Part shown: piece after piece, positions 48,246 to 57,861 of the stretch
Layout of the letters: every line of letters starts with the position of its first letter
Numbering within the stretch: position 1 is the first letter of the stretch
The notes under the pieces: generated by a model
Database searches by the model: none
Told to the model about the DNA's origin: nothing
Seen by the model: only the letters and a program-made list of their open reading frames with translations
Made by a program: the position numbers and the translations under genes
From: a virus
Reading direction: 5' to 3' (one strand)
Virus record (IMG/VR): IMGVR_UViG_3300048589_001057
Location: 16,519 to 80,518 of that record
Length of the DNA: 64,000 nt

Positions 48246-48746
48246 ATGTCAAAAGAGAAAACCACTGAGATTACCCTTGAACAAGCAACCGAAGCAGTTG
48301 CTTTAAAGAAGGATGAATTTAAAGCAGCTAAAGCTGAACTCCGGGCATTCCGCAAGGAGAAATCCCTGAAGCCGGATGATGTACCAGGTGAAGAAAAAGT
48401 TATCAAGGCTTTGGGTAAACTGGAGAAAAAGTTGGAAAATGCCGAAAAAGCTTATGATGAGGCTAAGGCTGTACTTAAAGGGATGAAGCCATCCAATACC
48501 CGTAAATCGTCTTATGATTTCCCGGAAGATTGCGTAACTGCCGCGGATAAGAAAAAGTACCGGGCAAAAATCCGCCGGGAAAAGAAAGCTGCCCTTAAAG
48601 CTGAGGCCAAAGGAGAAGCTCCCGAAGAACCTACAAAAAAGGTGAAAAAATCCAAGGTAACTGCTGGAGAAGGTGAAGCACCTGCAGAAGCACCTGCAGA
48701 AGTTTCTCTGAAAAAGAAAAAGAAAGTCGAGGCAGATGAGGATTAA
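48246..48746 (+). CDS. Lys/Glu/Ala-rich coiled-coil protein
   Basis: ORF track; contains the YDFPEDC...KKKYR motif shared with 55163. Confidence 0.7.
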   Translation: MSKEKTTEITLEQATEAVALKKDEFKAAKAELRAFRKEKSLKPDDVPGEEKVIKALGKLEKKLENAEKAYDEAKAVLKGMKPSNTRKSSYDFPEDCVTAADKKKYRAKIRREKKAALKAEAKGEAPEEPTKKVKKSKVTAGEGEAPAEAPAEVSLKKKKKVEADED

Positions 48747-48765
48747 TCTTGGGCCTATGTATTAA

Positions 48766-48797
48766 AAGGGTGGGCGTTAGTCCACCCTTATTGTTTT
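48766..48797 (+). terminator. Intrinsic terminator
   Basis: AAGGGTGGGC-GTTA-GTCCACCCTT plus ATTGTTTT. Confidence 0.7.
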
Positions 48798-48814
48798 ACC
48801 CATAAAAAAAACCC

Positions 48815-49630
48815 ATGAAAGATCCCATAAAATCAAATCTCAAGAAACTCAGGGTACAACTATTCGACCCTGACATGAATCAGCTGGAAGATCGATTAGT
48901 GTCTCAGGACTTAGAACTAACTAAGGGTCCCAAGGAACCCCATAAGGGCCCAATGAAACTAGAGTTTTGCCTATTTGGGCAGCCCGATGTGGAATTGGCC
49001 ATTGGGTACTTAAAAAGGTTATCAGGGGATTTACCATTAGTCGTAAAAACCCCAAAAACAAGAGCTCTTAAGAAAGCTTACAGTGATGACCCTTCTTGGC
49101 GGGAAAGCCTACATGAAAAAATCCAGGAATCTGAATTTCAGGATGAATTTATTAAGGAACTTCGATCTGAGGGGTTCATTTTTATGACCTCGGATCATCT
49201 AAGCGATGCTGGTATAGTCAAAGACTGGTCAGTTTTCCCTGCTTATTTCGAACAGTATCAGTGGATGATAAAACTTCTTAAGGAGGCTAAAAATCCAGTG
49301 AACAATAAGTATGATCCCAACCTACTCTTCGGATTCAAAATTCTGGGACAGAAAGAACCTATTATGTTATCCATCCTACATGGGAAGTTCCATGAGTTTT
49401 CTAAGGAATGGAAAGCTGTAAATAAGCTAACCTTTAGAAAAACTGACATGGTTAAATTCCCCCACTACATGGTGATGGAAGAAAGAGAAAGGTTTAGGGT
49501 TGAACTATATAAAGCCCGGAAGGATCCAGATAACCATAAGTTCTCTAAATTCTTTAAGCGGTGGTACATGGATGTTGATTTCCGAGAAAAACCCGGCTGG
49601 TCCACCCTGATTGAAGCTCCAGGGAAGTAA
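48815..49630 (+). CDS. Hypothetical protein
   Basis: ORF track, 271 aa. Confidence 0.65.
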   Translation: MKDPIKSNLKKLRVQLFDPDMNQLEDRLVSQDLELTKGPKEPHKGPMKLEFCLFGQPDVELAIGYLKRLSGDLPLVVKTPKTRALKKAYSDDPSWRESLHEKIQESEFQDEFIKELRSEGFIFMTSDHLSDAGIVKDWSVFPAYFEQYQWMIKLLKEAKNPVNNKYDPNLLFGFKILGQKEPIMLSILHGKFHEFSKEWKAVNKLTFRKTDMVKFPHYMVMEERERFRVELYKARKDPDNHKFSKFFKRWYMDVDFREKPGWSTLIEAPGK

Positions 49631-49696
49631 TCCCCAATTTTCAATTTCACGTAACTAGAATATACCCCCCTAATGGCATTATTTGGCAATAAATGG

Positions 49697-49750
49697 GCAT
49701 ATTCTAGTTTATTTTTTATTATATTTGCATAAAATATTAATAATGCAAAA
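49697..49750 (+). promoter_or_regulatory. Degenerate promoter module copy
   Basis: TATATTTGCAT at 49720 followed by TAATAATGCA. Confidence 0.6.
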
Positions 49751-50140
49751 ATGCAAAGACTAGAACTACAAAAACCACACCTAGACTTAATCCGGAGGGT
49801 ATGCGATTTAGAACATGATTCTTTAATCCGCTGCCATACCAAACATTCCCAGGATTCCTTAGATGAACTTTCGGATCAACTGAATGCCTCATATATAACT
49901 CTAAAGGAATTTCATTCTGAGTTATCTAATGCCTTTTATGAATTTCAAGTAGTTTGGGAAGAGCCCCATAAATTAACAAGTATGGAGTACCATTACCTAC
50001 AATTATTCAGTGGCATAATGGACATCTATGAAGAAATCCTTATTCAGGAATTCCCGGGGGTATTTGAGGAAATTCAAACAAGATTAACTCTAATCCTGGA
50101 ATTAAGCCAGGACGATAATAACCTTGCAAAATTAAACTAA
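49751..50140 (+). CDS. Hypothetical protein
   Basis: ORF track. Confidence 0.6.
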   Translation: MQRLELQKPHLDLIRRVCDLEHDSLIRCHTKHSQDSLDELSDQLNASYITLKEFHSELSNAFYEFQVVWEEPHKLTSMEYHYLQLFSGIMDIYEEILIQEFPGVFEEIQTRLTLILELSQDDNNLAKLN

Positions 50141-50141
50141 C

Positions 50142-50360
50142 ATGAAAATGGTCCCAGTTGAATCCAGCAATATCGCTGCAGTGGGGTACTCAAAAAAACT
50201 TGAAACCCTAAGAGTAGAATTCCATAAGGGCCGGGAGTACGAGTACTACCCAGTATCCCCGGAGTTACACTCCGAATTGGTCAATGCCGAAAGCGTTGGA
50301 AAATTCTTTAATGAGAACATCAAAAACAACAACAATTTCACAGTTAAACGGTTAAAGTAA
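50142..50360 (+). CDS. KTSC domain protein
   Basis: VESSNIAAVGY....ETL.VEFH.G.EYEY..V...AESVGKFFN.NIK. Confidence 0.9.
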   Translation: MKMVPVESSNIAAVGYSKKLETLRVEFHKGREYEYYPVSPELHSELVNAESVGKFFNENIKNNNNFTVKRLK

Positions 50361-50361
50361 C

Positions 50362-51192
50362 ATGGAACAATTAGAACAGATGAAAAGAGATTTCCCATCC
50401 CTTTTCTATCCAGTACGTAAAGTACGGTCGGATGAATTGGTACCGGGAATAGCCACCAACTCATACAATGAGTACAAGGTGGTAGTGGAAACCCCTAAAG
50501 GGCTAAAAGAGGTAAACTCCTGCAGCGATGTATACCGGGTATTTTCCAATGAGGAAATACTCCTTTCATTGCTACCCGAGATATCCCGGATATGCCCAGT
50601 AAAGTTGGTGCCCAAGATTTATCAAGATGCCATCTTTAAAATAGACCTAGTAATGGACAGGACTATCACAATGGGGGGTAGGGTAGAGATGGATGAGATA
50701 TTCCCATCTTTTACCTTTTACAATTCCTATAATGGGAAAATCAAACTCAGTGGTAACGTATCCTGCATGAGGCTAATTTGCACCAATGGGATGATGGCTC
50801 CAGTATCTGAATTCTCATCAGAGACCTATATGCATACCGCCAATAACGGGGAGGGGTTAGCAATAAGCGAAATGATGAACACAGTTCAAACCTTCCTGGA
50901 TAACCTGGAGGAGATTATTGAACCATTTAGGGAGCTAAGGGCCATGCCAGTATATAATCTCACTGAAAGGGTGGATGAAATTATTGAGGAAACTAAATTC
51001 CCCATAACCCAAAGAGATGCTGTCTTAGACAGAATCCAATATGAGATGGCCGAATTAGGCTTTCCAAAAACCGATTGGTTGGTATATAATGGTTTTAATT
51101 TCCAGTTAAACCATAATACCGATATCAATATGGCCCCCCATAAGAAATCCCAAATGGATTCTCAAATTCAGAATTTCATCCTAACTAACTAA
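50362..51192 (+). CDS. DUF932/DUF945-like protein
   Basis: NSYNG...RLICTNGM motif; W.VYN. Confidence 0.7.
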   Translation: MEQLEQMKRDFPSLFYPVRKVRSDELVPGIATNSYNEYKVVVETPKGLKEVNSCSDVYRVFSNEEILLSLLPEISRICPVKLVPKIYQDAIFKIDLVMDRTITMGGRVEMDEIFPSFTFYNSYNGKIKLSGNVSCMRLICTNGMMAPVSEFSSETYMHTANNGEGLAISEMMNTVQTFLDNLEEIIEPFRELRAMPVYNLTERVDEIIEETKFPITQRDAVLDRIQYEMAELGFPKTDWLVYNGFNFQLNHNTDINMAPHKKSQMDSQIQNFILTN

Positions 51193-51626
51193 TGAAAAAA
51201 CTTAAACACAGCCCCATTGCCTGGGCTGCTCTAGTTGTACTCATCCTACAATTATTCTACTACTTGGGTCCTGGGGGTAATTCCAACCCCCAGTTCCCAG
51301 GAGTAAGGACACTACCCCCTGAAACCAAAAGGGATAAAGCTAGAAAAGCCCGTACAACAATAGCCCCCAATACCTGGGACACCGAGAGTTCAGTAAATAC
51401 CCATTTACCTAATGAACTAAGGGATTACTCTAAGTACCGGAAGCGTATGCTAGATAGGGGTAGAACAGAAGAACAAATAAGCAGGGATTATGCCCGTGCT
51501 GTAAAGAAGTACCTTGAAAGTAAACCCAAGAGTAAATACCTGGATTTACTGGATAGTGGCATTGACCCCGAGTATGATTTAAAAGAATTGGATGCCGGAT
51601 TGGATGAAGGTGTCCCAGAATATTAA
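51192..51626 (+). CDS. Hypothetical membrane-anchored protein
   Basis: N-terminal TM/signal segment. Confidence 0.55.
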   Translation: MKKLKHSPIAWAALVVLILQLFYYLGPGGNSNPQFPGVRTLPPETKRDKARKARTTIAPNTWDTESSVNTHLPNELRDYSKYRKRMLDRGRTEEQISRDYARAVKKYLESKPKSKYLDLLDSGIDPEYDLKELDAGLDEGVPEY

Positions 51627-51645
51627 CCTTTAAAACCCCAAAGAA

Positions 51646-52266
51646 ATGGAACAAAAACCCATGCCCAAACCCAAATCCCAAGTACCGACTAATGAGGTCG
51701 ATGAAGACGATGAATTTGCTGAAGTTGCAAAGACTATGCCAGTACAACCCGTAACCCCCAGATTAAACTCACACATTCAAAAGGCCCTACAATTTATCCC
51801 CCTAATTCAGGATATCCGGGATAGGCTTGGCTTTAAACCTCGGGACCCGGACTTCATTATTACGGGTTCCTTTATGTATGCCATGCAGGGGCTGGCAGTA
51901 CAGGTAAATGATATTGATATCCTCATCACAAAGTACGATGATGAATTAAAACTCAAGCTTAAGGCCATCTCCGAAATGTGGCCTCGTCCAAAAGAATGGG
52001 GTGAGGAAAAAGAATATGGCCAACCATACCGTTTCTTCATGCCCAATGGTGTGGAGAGTGTGAAAGTGGATATATTCCTACTCGAAAGGCCTGATGCCCC
52101 ATATGGTAGGCTAATATGTGAGGACTTTGTTATATCCCCACTCATGGCTTCAATTGGGCAAAAGGCCTCCTACTGCAGGGTAAAAGACTTTAAGGCCTTA
52201 TATGCCATATCCAAACAGATATTCCCCTATCATACTATGGCAGATGTATTGGGGAAAATTAGGTAA
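51646..52266 (+). CDS. Nucleotidyltransferase-fold protein
   Basis: FIITGS....QG....NDIDI and KVDIF motifs. Confidence 0.6.
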   Translation: MEQKPMPKPKSQVPTNEVDEDDEFAEVAKTMPVQPVTPRLNSHIQKALQFIPLIQDIRDRLGFKPRDPDFIITGSFMYAMQGLAVQVNDIDILITKYDDELKLKLKAISEMWPRPKEWGEEKEYGQPYRFFMPNGVESVKVDIFLLERPDAPYGRLICEDFVISPLMASIGQKASYCRVKDFKALYAISKQIFPYHTMADVLGKIR

Positions 52267-52351
52267 AAAAACGTTTGCATGGGGACTAAAACGCCCTTAT
52301 ATTTGCATTATTAATTAAATGCAATAATGCATAACCTCAAACCAACAAACA
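52261..52351 (+). promoter_or_regulatory. Repeated promoter/leader module, copy 3
   Basis: TTTGCAT...TATATTTG at 52298; near-identical to 55078-55154. Confidence 0.88.
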
Positions 52352-52561
52352 ATGGGAAAAACCACACTCTTACAGTTCATGCAGGAACTCATGACCTGGG
52401 TCACCTTTACACCAGAACAACTGGAAAAGGCTAAAGGCTCAAACATCAATACCTTTAATCACCGAACACTACATGGCCTAGTCTCTGCTTGGCTAAACGG
52501 TAATTATGATGAGGACATTGACACCCTCAAATCTGAAATCGAAACTTTAATACCTAAATAA
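52352..52561 (+). CDS. Hypothetical protein
   Basis: First ORF after the promoter. Confidence 0.6.
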   Translation: MGKTTLLQFMQELMTWVTFTPEQLEKAKGSNINTFNHRTLHGLVSAWLNGNYDEDIDTLKSEIETLIPK

Positions 52562-52563
52562 TC

Positions 52564-52704
52564 ATGTTGAAACAAATCTTTCAAAAACTCTTCTGCCTTC
52601 ACAAATGGAATACCCATGCTAAGAAGGAGGACTACAGGTTAAACGAAACCACAGAGGTGCTAATATGCAGTTGCTGTGGTAGAATCCGCCACCTTAAATA
52701 CTAG
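52564..52704 (+). CDS. Small Zn-ribbon protein (DUF1660-like), not in the ORF track
   Basis: MLKQIFQKLFCLHKW...LICSCCGRIRHLKY, fills the gap exactly. Confidence 0.65.
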   Translation: MLKQIFQKLFCLHKWNTHAKKEDYRLNETTEVLICSCCGRIRHLKY

Positions 52705-52708
52705 GGCC

Positions 52709-52969
52709 ATGGCTAAAGAACACTTTTACATTATAGACCCCAATAACAAGGAGCACCAACAAATACTCTTATTTGTCTGGTTGGCCCATTATTTCAAGGG
52801 TGACTACAAGGAAATCTGGGAAGAGGAAGAAATATCCCAGTTACTCTGGCGAAACTTTGGCCTACTGGGGGAAGAGGAAATACTCTCTTTCTTAGAGGAA
52901 GTTGATATCCCAAATAATTACTCACCATTCATCATAAAGACCGAGGAACATGAAAAAAGACTGGCTTAG
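52709..52969 (+). CDS. Hypothetical protein
   Basis: ATG start MAKEHF after the previous stop. Confidence 0.55.
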   Translation: MAKEHFYIIDPNNKEHQQILLFVWLAHYFKGDYKEIWEEEEISQLLWRNFGLLGEEEILSFLEEVDIPNNYSPFIIKTEEHEKRLA

Positions 52970-53189
52970 CTTAACAGAACCTGAAAGGGCTAAGATGCTA
53001 ACTCAATTAGCCTACATAAGTTGGGAGAATGAGGGGTTTGGTGATGGGCCTATATGGATGAATCTCAAGAACGGTACTAAATTATCCTACCAAAAAAGCA
53101 GGTTTAATCCCAAAGAGGCTAAATGGTTCCCAAGACAAAAGGCTGTCGAATTATCCCAACAATTAAAGGTTACACTTAAAACCGCATAA
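52950..53189 (+). CDS. Hypothetical protein
   Basis: ORF track. Confidence 0.55.
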   Translation: MKKDWLSLTEPERAKMLTQLAYISWENEGFGDGPIWMNLKNGTKLSYQKSRFNPKEAKWFPRQKAVELSQQLKVTLKTA

Positions 53190-53262
53190 CCATGAACATT
53201 TATCACGTAAGGAACACAGATGAGCCCCGCTGGGAAATTGAAACGGCTAATCCAATTGACTA

Positions 53263-53574
53263 ATGGAAAACGTTAACCCAGATATCAGACCACCCCAAAG
53301 GTTCGTTAACCGAGTAGGTAAATACAAAGTAACCCCACCCCGGAAGTTCATCCCCTGGGGCCCACAACTTAAGGACCTTATTAAAGACCTAAGGCTCAAT
53401 CCCCCTTGCCTTCCTGGGCTTGGCTCTAAAAGGTGGGGTTATACTCACTGGCGTGGAGAATGGCCTAAGCGGGAAAATGAACCCCGCCGTAATGATCCAT
53501 GCCCATGTGGTAGTGGGTTAAAATACAAAAAATGTTGTCTAATTAATCCTAAAGAAAATGAAACACTTATTTGA
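53263..53574 (+). CDS. SEC-C motif protein
   Basis: [17 protein letters not shown]. Confidence 0.75.
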   Translation: MENVNPDIRPPQRFVNRVGKYKVTPPRKFIPWGPQLKDLIKDLRLNPPCLPGLGSKRWGYTHWRGEWPKRENEPRRNDPCPCGSGLKYKKCCLINPKENETLI

Positions 53575-54118
53575 AGTATGGATGGATCCGGAACATTCGG
53601 ATGATGAGGGTCGGGAATTTTCATTCCACTGCCTGGTGGAAACTCCCGATGAGGCTATACGGGTAGCCGCTATTACCGTAGACTGCGTAGACTGGGTTAC
53701 CTATGAGAATCTGGGTGTAATCTGTGTCATAGAATATAACCCAGAGACAGAGACTCAGATAAGCTGGGATTATGATTACCAAAGTAAATCCTGGATTGCT
53801 GGGGAAGCTTATAAACTTCCTACACAGGCTATTCCCATGGATTTAGAAAAGGTCCAAGACTGGGTTAATGGTATTGATGAGGGGGCAGGCTGGGCTTCAG
53901 ACGACTATGTTATAATTTGTGATGATCTTACAGACTCCGAAAAATACAACCTACTACTAAGAGGCTCTATCATTGGGATGATTTATGATGAGGATGAGAT
54001 ACCCGAGGATTGGGACCTTAATGGAACTCCCTCTATGAGAAGTATGAACTTTAGGGAAATAACTGAACAATATGGATATTTAATACACCCAGACGATGGC
54101 AAACCCAAAACAAACTAA
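53558..54118 (+). CDS. Hypothetical acidic protein
   Basis: ORF track. Confidence 0.6.
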   Translation: MKHLFEVWMDPEHSDDEGREFSFHCLVETPDEAIRVAAITVDCVDWVTYENLGVICVIEYNPETETQISWDYDYQSKSWIAGEAYKLPTQAIPMDLEKVQDWVNGIDEGAGWASDDYVIICDDLTDSEKYNLLLRGSIIGMIYDEDEIPEDWDLNGTPSMRSMNFREITEQYGYLIHPDDGKPKTN

Positions 54119-54311
54119 ACCCGGTAAAGTCCTCTTTCAAGAGGAAGTAGATGAAGTTCGGGGTGTCCTAAAAATAGCACTGGAGAACATGTATATGCTG
54201 GGGGGTAATCCCAAGCCTGAGCCTAAGTATGACAGTTACCTCAATAACATGATTGAGATGGTGATGACTAAAGTTAAAAAATTAAAACCCAAAGATGATG
54301 CCAACAAGTGA
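54096..54311 (+). CDS. Hypothetical protein
   Basis: ORF track. Confidence 0.5.
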   Translation: MANPKQTKPGKVLFQEEVDEVRGVLKIALENMYMLGGNPKPEPKYDSYLNNMIEMVMTKVKKLKPKDDANK

Positions 54312-55053
54312 AAAAGAGGAAGTAAACAAAATCTGGACCAAAATCCAGAAGCTATTGGCCCTACAGGAAAGTGCCGAAAAGCTGGGAAGTATTCAAGAAG
54401 CCACTAATGCCGCTGAGAAGGTACAACGCTTACTTTTAAAATACAACCTATCACTATCTGAATTAGAACATCATGCCCCTAAGAAACTCCATGAGGTTAA
54501 CGTTCCTTCATCAGAGTGGGGTTATAATCCAAGAGAGGGACATTGGGCAATAATTGTAGTGACTGTAGTGGCAGATTTTTTCCTTTGTAGAAGTATACAG
54601 GTAAAGACTAAAGGGGATAGGGATTTTGTATCTGTCCTAATAGGTAAACCCCATAACATAGAGGTAGCGAAACATGCTATTAAGAACCTATTATCTAGTA
54701 TCAGACACTTTGCTAAGCAAGCTTATAAGCAGTTACATAAAAGTACTAATACCAAGAAAGGGGCCTTCTACAGGCAGTACTATATGGGGGCAGCATTAGG
54801 AGTAAGGACTAACCTGGAAAATATAAAAAGGCAAAGGGAGTTTGAAGCTAACCAATCCACAACAACCGCTCAAAATTATCTCCCTATCAGACAAGTGGAA
54901 TTAACTGCCCAATCAGAACTCCAAGAATACCTGGAAAAAAATTATGCCGATTTACAGACCCGTAATCATAAAGCCATAAAGAACACCCTTGCTACTATAG
55001 CGGGGTACCAAAAAGGCTTAGAATTAACCCCTCAAACCTCTATTGGGGAATAG
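54295..55053 (+). CDS. DUF2786-like protein
   Basis: KIQKLLAL.......EA..AAEKVQRLLLKYNLS N-terminus. Confidence 0.75.
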   Translation: MMPTSEKEEVNKIWTKIQKLLALQESAEKLGSIQEATNAAEKVQRLLLKYNLSLSELEHHAPKKLHEVNVPSSEWGYNPREGHWAIIVVTVVADFFLCRSIQVKTKGDRDFVSVLIGKPHNIEVAKHAIKNLLSSIRHFAKQAYKQLHKSTNTKKGAFYRQYYMGAALGVRTNLENIKRQREFEANQSTTTAQNYLPIRQVELTAQSELQEYLEKNYADLQTRNHKAIKNTLATIAGYQKGLELTPQTSIGE

Positions 55054-55077
55054 GGGAAATTTAAGGTAATTTTTCAG

Positions 55078-55154
55078 TTGCATAGGGATTAAAACGCCCT
55101 TATATTTGCATTATTAATTAAATGCAATAATGCATAACCTCAAACCAACAAACA
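55078..55154 (+). promoter_or_regulatory. Repeated promoter/leader module, copy 4
   Basis: TATATTTG at 55101. Confidence 0.88.
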
Positions 55155-55162
55155 TCAAAACG

Positions 55163-55564
55163 ATGAAAAAGAACAAAAAGAGTGCTCCCACTAAGGTTGA
55201 GCCAAAAACCACTCCCATAGCCCCTGAGGCTAAGGTTGAGACCAAAACCCCAACCACAATCACCCTGGAAAAGGTATCTGCTCTAAAGAGCAAGATCAAA
55301 GAAGCTAAAGACCCTGTGGCTGATGCCACCAACAAGGACAAAGCTATCCAGAAGATTCAGTATGAAAGGGATCTTACCTATCTCTATCCGGAAGATTGCA
55401 CCTCCACAGTTGACCGCAAGGTATTCCGCCAAAAATCCCGTAATACAATCCGTAGAATGGAAGCTCAGGCCCTGAAACTTGAAGATACAGCCAAAAAACT
55501 TAAAATGGCTGAGATCCTTGAGTACAGAAAAAAGGTCTTAACTAACCCAGACTACATTCTATAA
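55163..55564 (+). CDS. Lys-rich hypothetical protein
   Basis: Start reassigned to MKKNKK downstream of the leader; YLYPEDC...RKVFR motif. Confidence 0.65.
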   Translation: MKKNKKSAPTKVEPKTTPIAPEAKVETKTPTTITLEKVSALKSKIKEAKDPVADATNKDKAIQKIQYERDLTYLYPEDCTSTVDRKVFRQKSRNTIRRMEAQALKLEDTAKKLKMAEILEYRKKVLTNPDYIL

Positions 55565-55662
55565 ACCCCAAAGGGGCCCTTGCCTATCAAAGGTACAGTA
55601 ATGACCCACAGAGGATAATCTGGTTCTGGGCCCCTTTCTTTTTACCCTTAACTCAAATAATC

Positions 55663-56010
55663 ATGGCAAATCCAATGCTCATAAACTTAACCGGGCATCC
55701 CATTACCATACTGGATAATGAGGGGAATAGGATTGTTACAATACCTGCCTCCAACCAGGTTCCAAGGTGTATACAAAAGACTCAGCACTTGGATACTGTA
55801 AAATTCAGGGGAAAGGATATCCCTATAACCAGTACTTTATACATGCCCCCGATGTATATGCCAGAACCGCAGCAGGGTACTTACTTCATTGTCAGTAAGC
55901 TCATCGCTGAAAGGTTGCATGGAGTGAGGCGGGATCTATTAATTGCTAATGGGATAGTCCGAGACCCCAATGGGGGAAAGATGGGCTGTAAATCTTTGGC
56001 TGTACTCTAA
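55663..56010 (+). CDS. Conserved phage hypothetical protein
   Basis: INLT.HPI.I...PEP..GT.FIVS...R.DL...VRD..G...GC..L family pattern. Confidence 0.7.
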   Translation: MANPMLINLTGHPITILDNEGNRIVTIPASNQVPRCIQKTQHLDTVKFRGKDIPITSTLYMPPMYMPEPQQGTYFIVSKLIAERLHGVRRDLLIANGIVRDPNGGKMGCKSLAVL

Positions 56011-56047
56011 GCTCAATTTCATGCTAACCTACGACCCAAGGTACAAG

Positions 56048-56146
56048 GTAAAATAGGAAATTAAAAGGTTGCATAGGGATTAAAACGCCCTTATATTTGC
56101 ATTATTAATTAAATGCAATAATGCATAACCTCAAACACTCAAAAAC
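56048..56146 (+). promoter_or_regulatory. Repeated promoter/leader module, copy 5
   Basis: TATATTTG at 56092. Confidence 0.88.
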
Positions 56147-56440
56147 ATGAACAAATCAAAACCAGGCCTCGGCCAATGGCATTACGAGGAACAACTCCTT
56201 GCTAATCTTAGGGCATCCCTAAATGACCACATGCTTAGATATCATCCCTACTTGGATGCCCCCTCAAGGGGTATTATCCTTAAATTCTATGACCGCCAGG
56301 TAGACAAAAAGGACATCATCAAATTATATTCCCACCCTTGCGAGGATTTCCTACAAGCTTTGGTTAACAACCGCTTGGGGACTTTACTTAATAAGTCTTC
56401 GGCTAGGTTAACAAGAAACCCAACTCCAAAAACCACATAA
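56147..56440 (+). CDS. Hypothetical protein
   Basis: First ORF after the promoter. Confidence 0.6.
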   Translation: MNKSKPGLGQWHYEEQLLANLRASLNDHMLRYHPYLDAPSRGIILKFYDRQVDKKDIIKLYSHPCEDFLQALVNNRLGTLLNKSSARLTRNPTPKTT

Positions 56441-56441
56441 C

Positions 56442-57017
56442 ATGGAAAAGATACCCTATAATCAACCCATCCCTTTCAAGGACTGGTACCTAAACCAGAT
56501 AAACCAAATCCTTGATTATCACAGTTTACCTAAACTGGATGACTTTAAAATCTGGTTTGGCCAAGAAGCTGATGAATTACCCATTGACTATGCCTTCCCT
56601 GCTGAAATACAGGTAAAAACCCTAAATGGCAAGTTTTACACATGGTTAAACGTGGATTCAGTGGATGAGTTACCCCCGGACTTTGTAGAACCTGATTTAA
56701 ATCTCTTCATGCTTATCTTCAGGGAGTACATTCCCAATAAGGTTCTGGATGAACTTATTATCCGCTGTAGTCAACACAAATGGGTGGACGCTCATATGGA
56801 CTGGCATGATGCTGCACCTTTAGTAAAGGACCTCATAACTGGGGAATTACATCCTGAGCCGGGTAATCTCCAAGGACTTTATCCCTTAGGGGCTCCCCTG
56901 CATCCCGAGGACTCTTGCCAACACTACTCGGATTGGGGCTTTATCGGGGATCGCCCTTGCCCGAATGTTCCAGTTAATGGCTATTACCTTATATGGCGAA
57001 ATTGCTACTGCTCATAA
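56442..57017 (+). CDS. Hypothetical protein
   Basis: ORF track. Confidence 0.6.
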   Translation: MEKIPYNQPIPFKDWYLNQINQILDYHSLPKLDDFKIWFGQEADELPIDYAFPAEIQVKTLNGKFYTWLNVDSVDELPPDFVEPDLNLFMLIFREYIPNKVLDELIIRCSQHKWVDAHMDWHDAAPLVKDLITGELHPEPGNLQGLYPLGAPLHPEDSCQHYSDWGFIGDRPCPNVPVNGYYLIWRNCYCS

Positions 57018-57036
57018 CCCCTTAAACTAGATAACC

Positions 57037-57462
57037 ATGGAAACAGATTCAGAATTAGTCTTAGCTGTAAGGAATTATATGGCTACAAATCCAGACTTGA
57101 AGGATCCCTTTGCCTATGCTAAAATACCGATGGGGGATTCCACTTTACTACTTGAGATTCACCCTGGTAGGGGGCTAAAAGTCTTAGGGGTAATACTGGA
57201 ATCTGACCAAGCGGAAACCGATATCCTACAACTATGCCATGATATCACCTGTGGCTATCTTTACGAGGACTTCTGCCCTGACAATGATAATGTTGAATGG
57301 TCCTACACTATGGGTATATCCTTTCATGGTATTCCTAGTAGGTTTAAGAGGCTGTTATCTTACTACAGAATACCCTTTGGCTTTGAGTCTAGAATAATCC
57401 TTTTAAATTCTGAGCAAATGGCCCAATACTTCTCCATAGAAATAACTGACTATGCCTCTTAG
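57037..57462 (+). CDS. Hypothetical protein
   Basis: ORF track. Confidence 0.6.
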   Translation: METDSELVLAVRNYMATNPDLKDPFAYAKIPMGDSTLLLEIHPGRGLKVLGVILESDQAETDILQLCHDITCGYLYEDFCPDNDNVEWSYTMGISFHGIPSRFKRLLSYYRIPFGFESRIILLNSEQMAQYFSIEITDYAS

Positions 57463-57474
57463 GTAAAAAAACGT

Positions 57475-57561
57475 TTGCATGGGGATTAAAAAGCCCCTAT
57501 ATTTGCATTATTAATTAAATGCAATAATGCATAAACCTCTAACACTCAAAACTATGGAAAA
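57475..57561 (+). promoter_or_regulatory. Repeated promoter/leader module, copy 6
   Basis: 87 bp identical to 57775-57861. Confidence 0.9.
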
Positions 57562-57742
57562 CCCAACCTATTTCATCAGATTCAAATCATCCCATGAAAC
57601 AGTGCATGATGCCGAACGTGAGGCTATTTACCTAAACGAAAGGCTCGGCATATCTAACCTCATTCAGGTGGGCTATTATATGCCCCAACCCAAATATAAA
57701 TCCTGGGTACCTTCCTGGTTAATCAGGTGGATTACCAAGTAA
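57554..57742 (+). CDS. Hypothetical protein
   Basis: Start reassigned to MENPTY; the upstream ATG lies inside the repeated leader. Confidence 0.55.
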   Translation: MENPTYFIRFKSSHETVHDAEREAIYLNERLGISNLIQVGYYMPQPKYKSWVPSWLIRWITK

Positions 57743-57774
57743 AGAAGGTAAGGGTAAAATAGGAAATTAAGGGG

Positions 57775-57861
57775 TTGCATGGGGATTAAAAAGCCCCTAT
57801 ATTTGCATTATTAATTAAATGCAATAATGCATAAACCTCTAACACTCAAAACTATGGAAAA
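57775..57861 (+). promoter_or_regulatory. Repeated promoter/leader module, copy 7
   Basis: 87 bp identical to 57475-57561. Confidence 0.9.

Noticed and set aside
55570-55643. tRNA or hammerhead/twister ribozyme
   Set aside because: No T-loop GTTC-RA or cloverleaf, and no CUGANGA/GAAA core seen; kept only as an unclassified structure
57527-57553. Shared N-terminal peptide MHKPLTLKT / MHNLKPTN as a signal sequence
   Set aside because: Artefact of an ATG inside the repeated non-coding leader; true starts are most likely downstream
52261-57861. Repeats as a CRISPR array
   Set aside because: Units are 60-90 bp, irregularly spaced by whole genes, match a promoter consensus, and no cas genes are present
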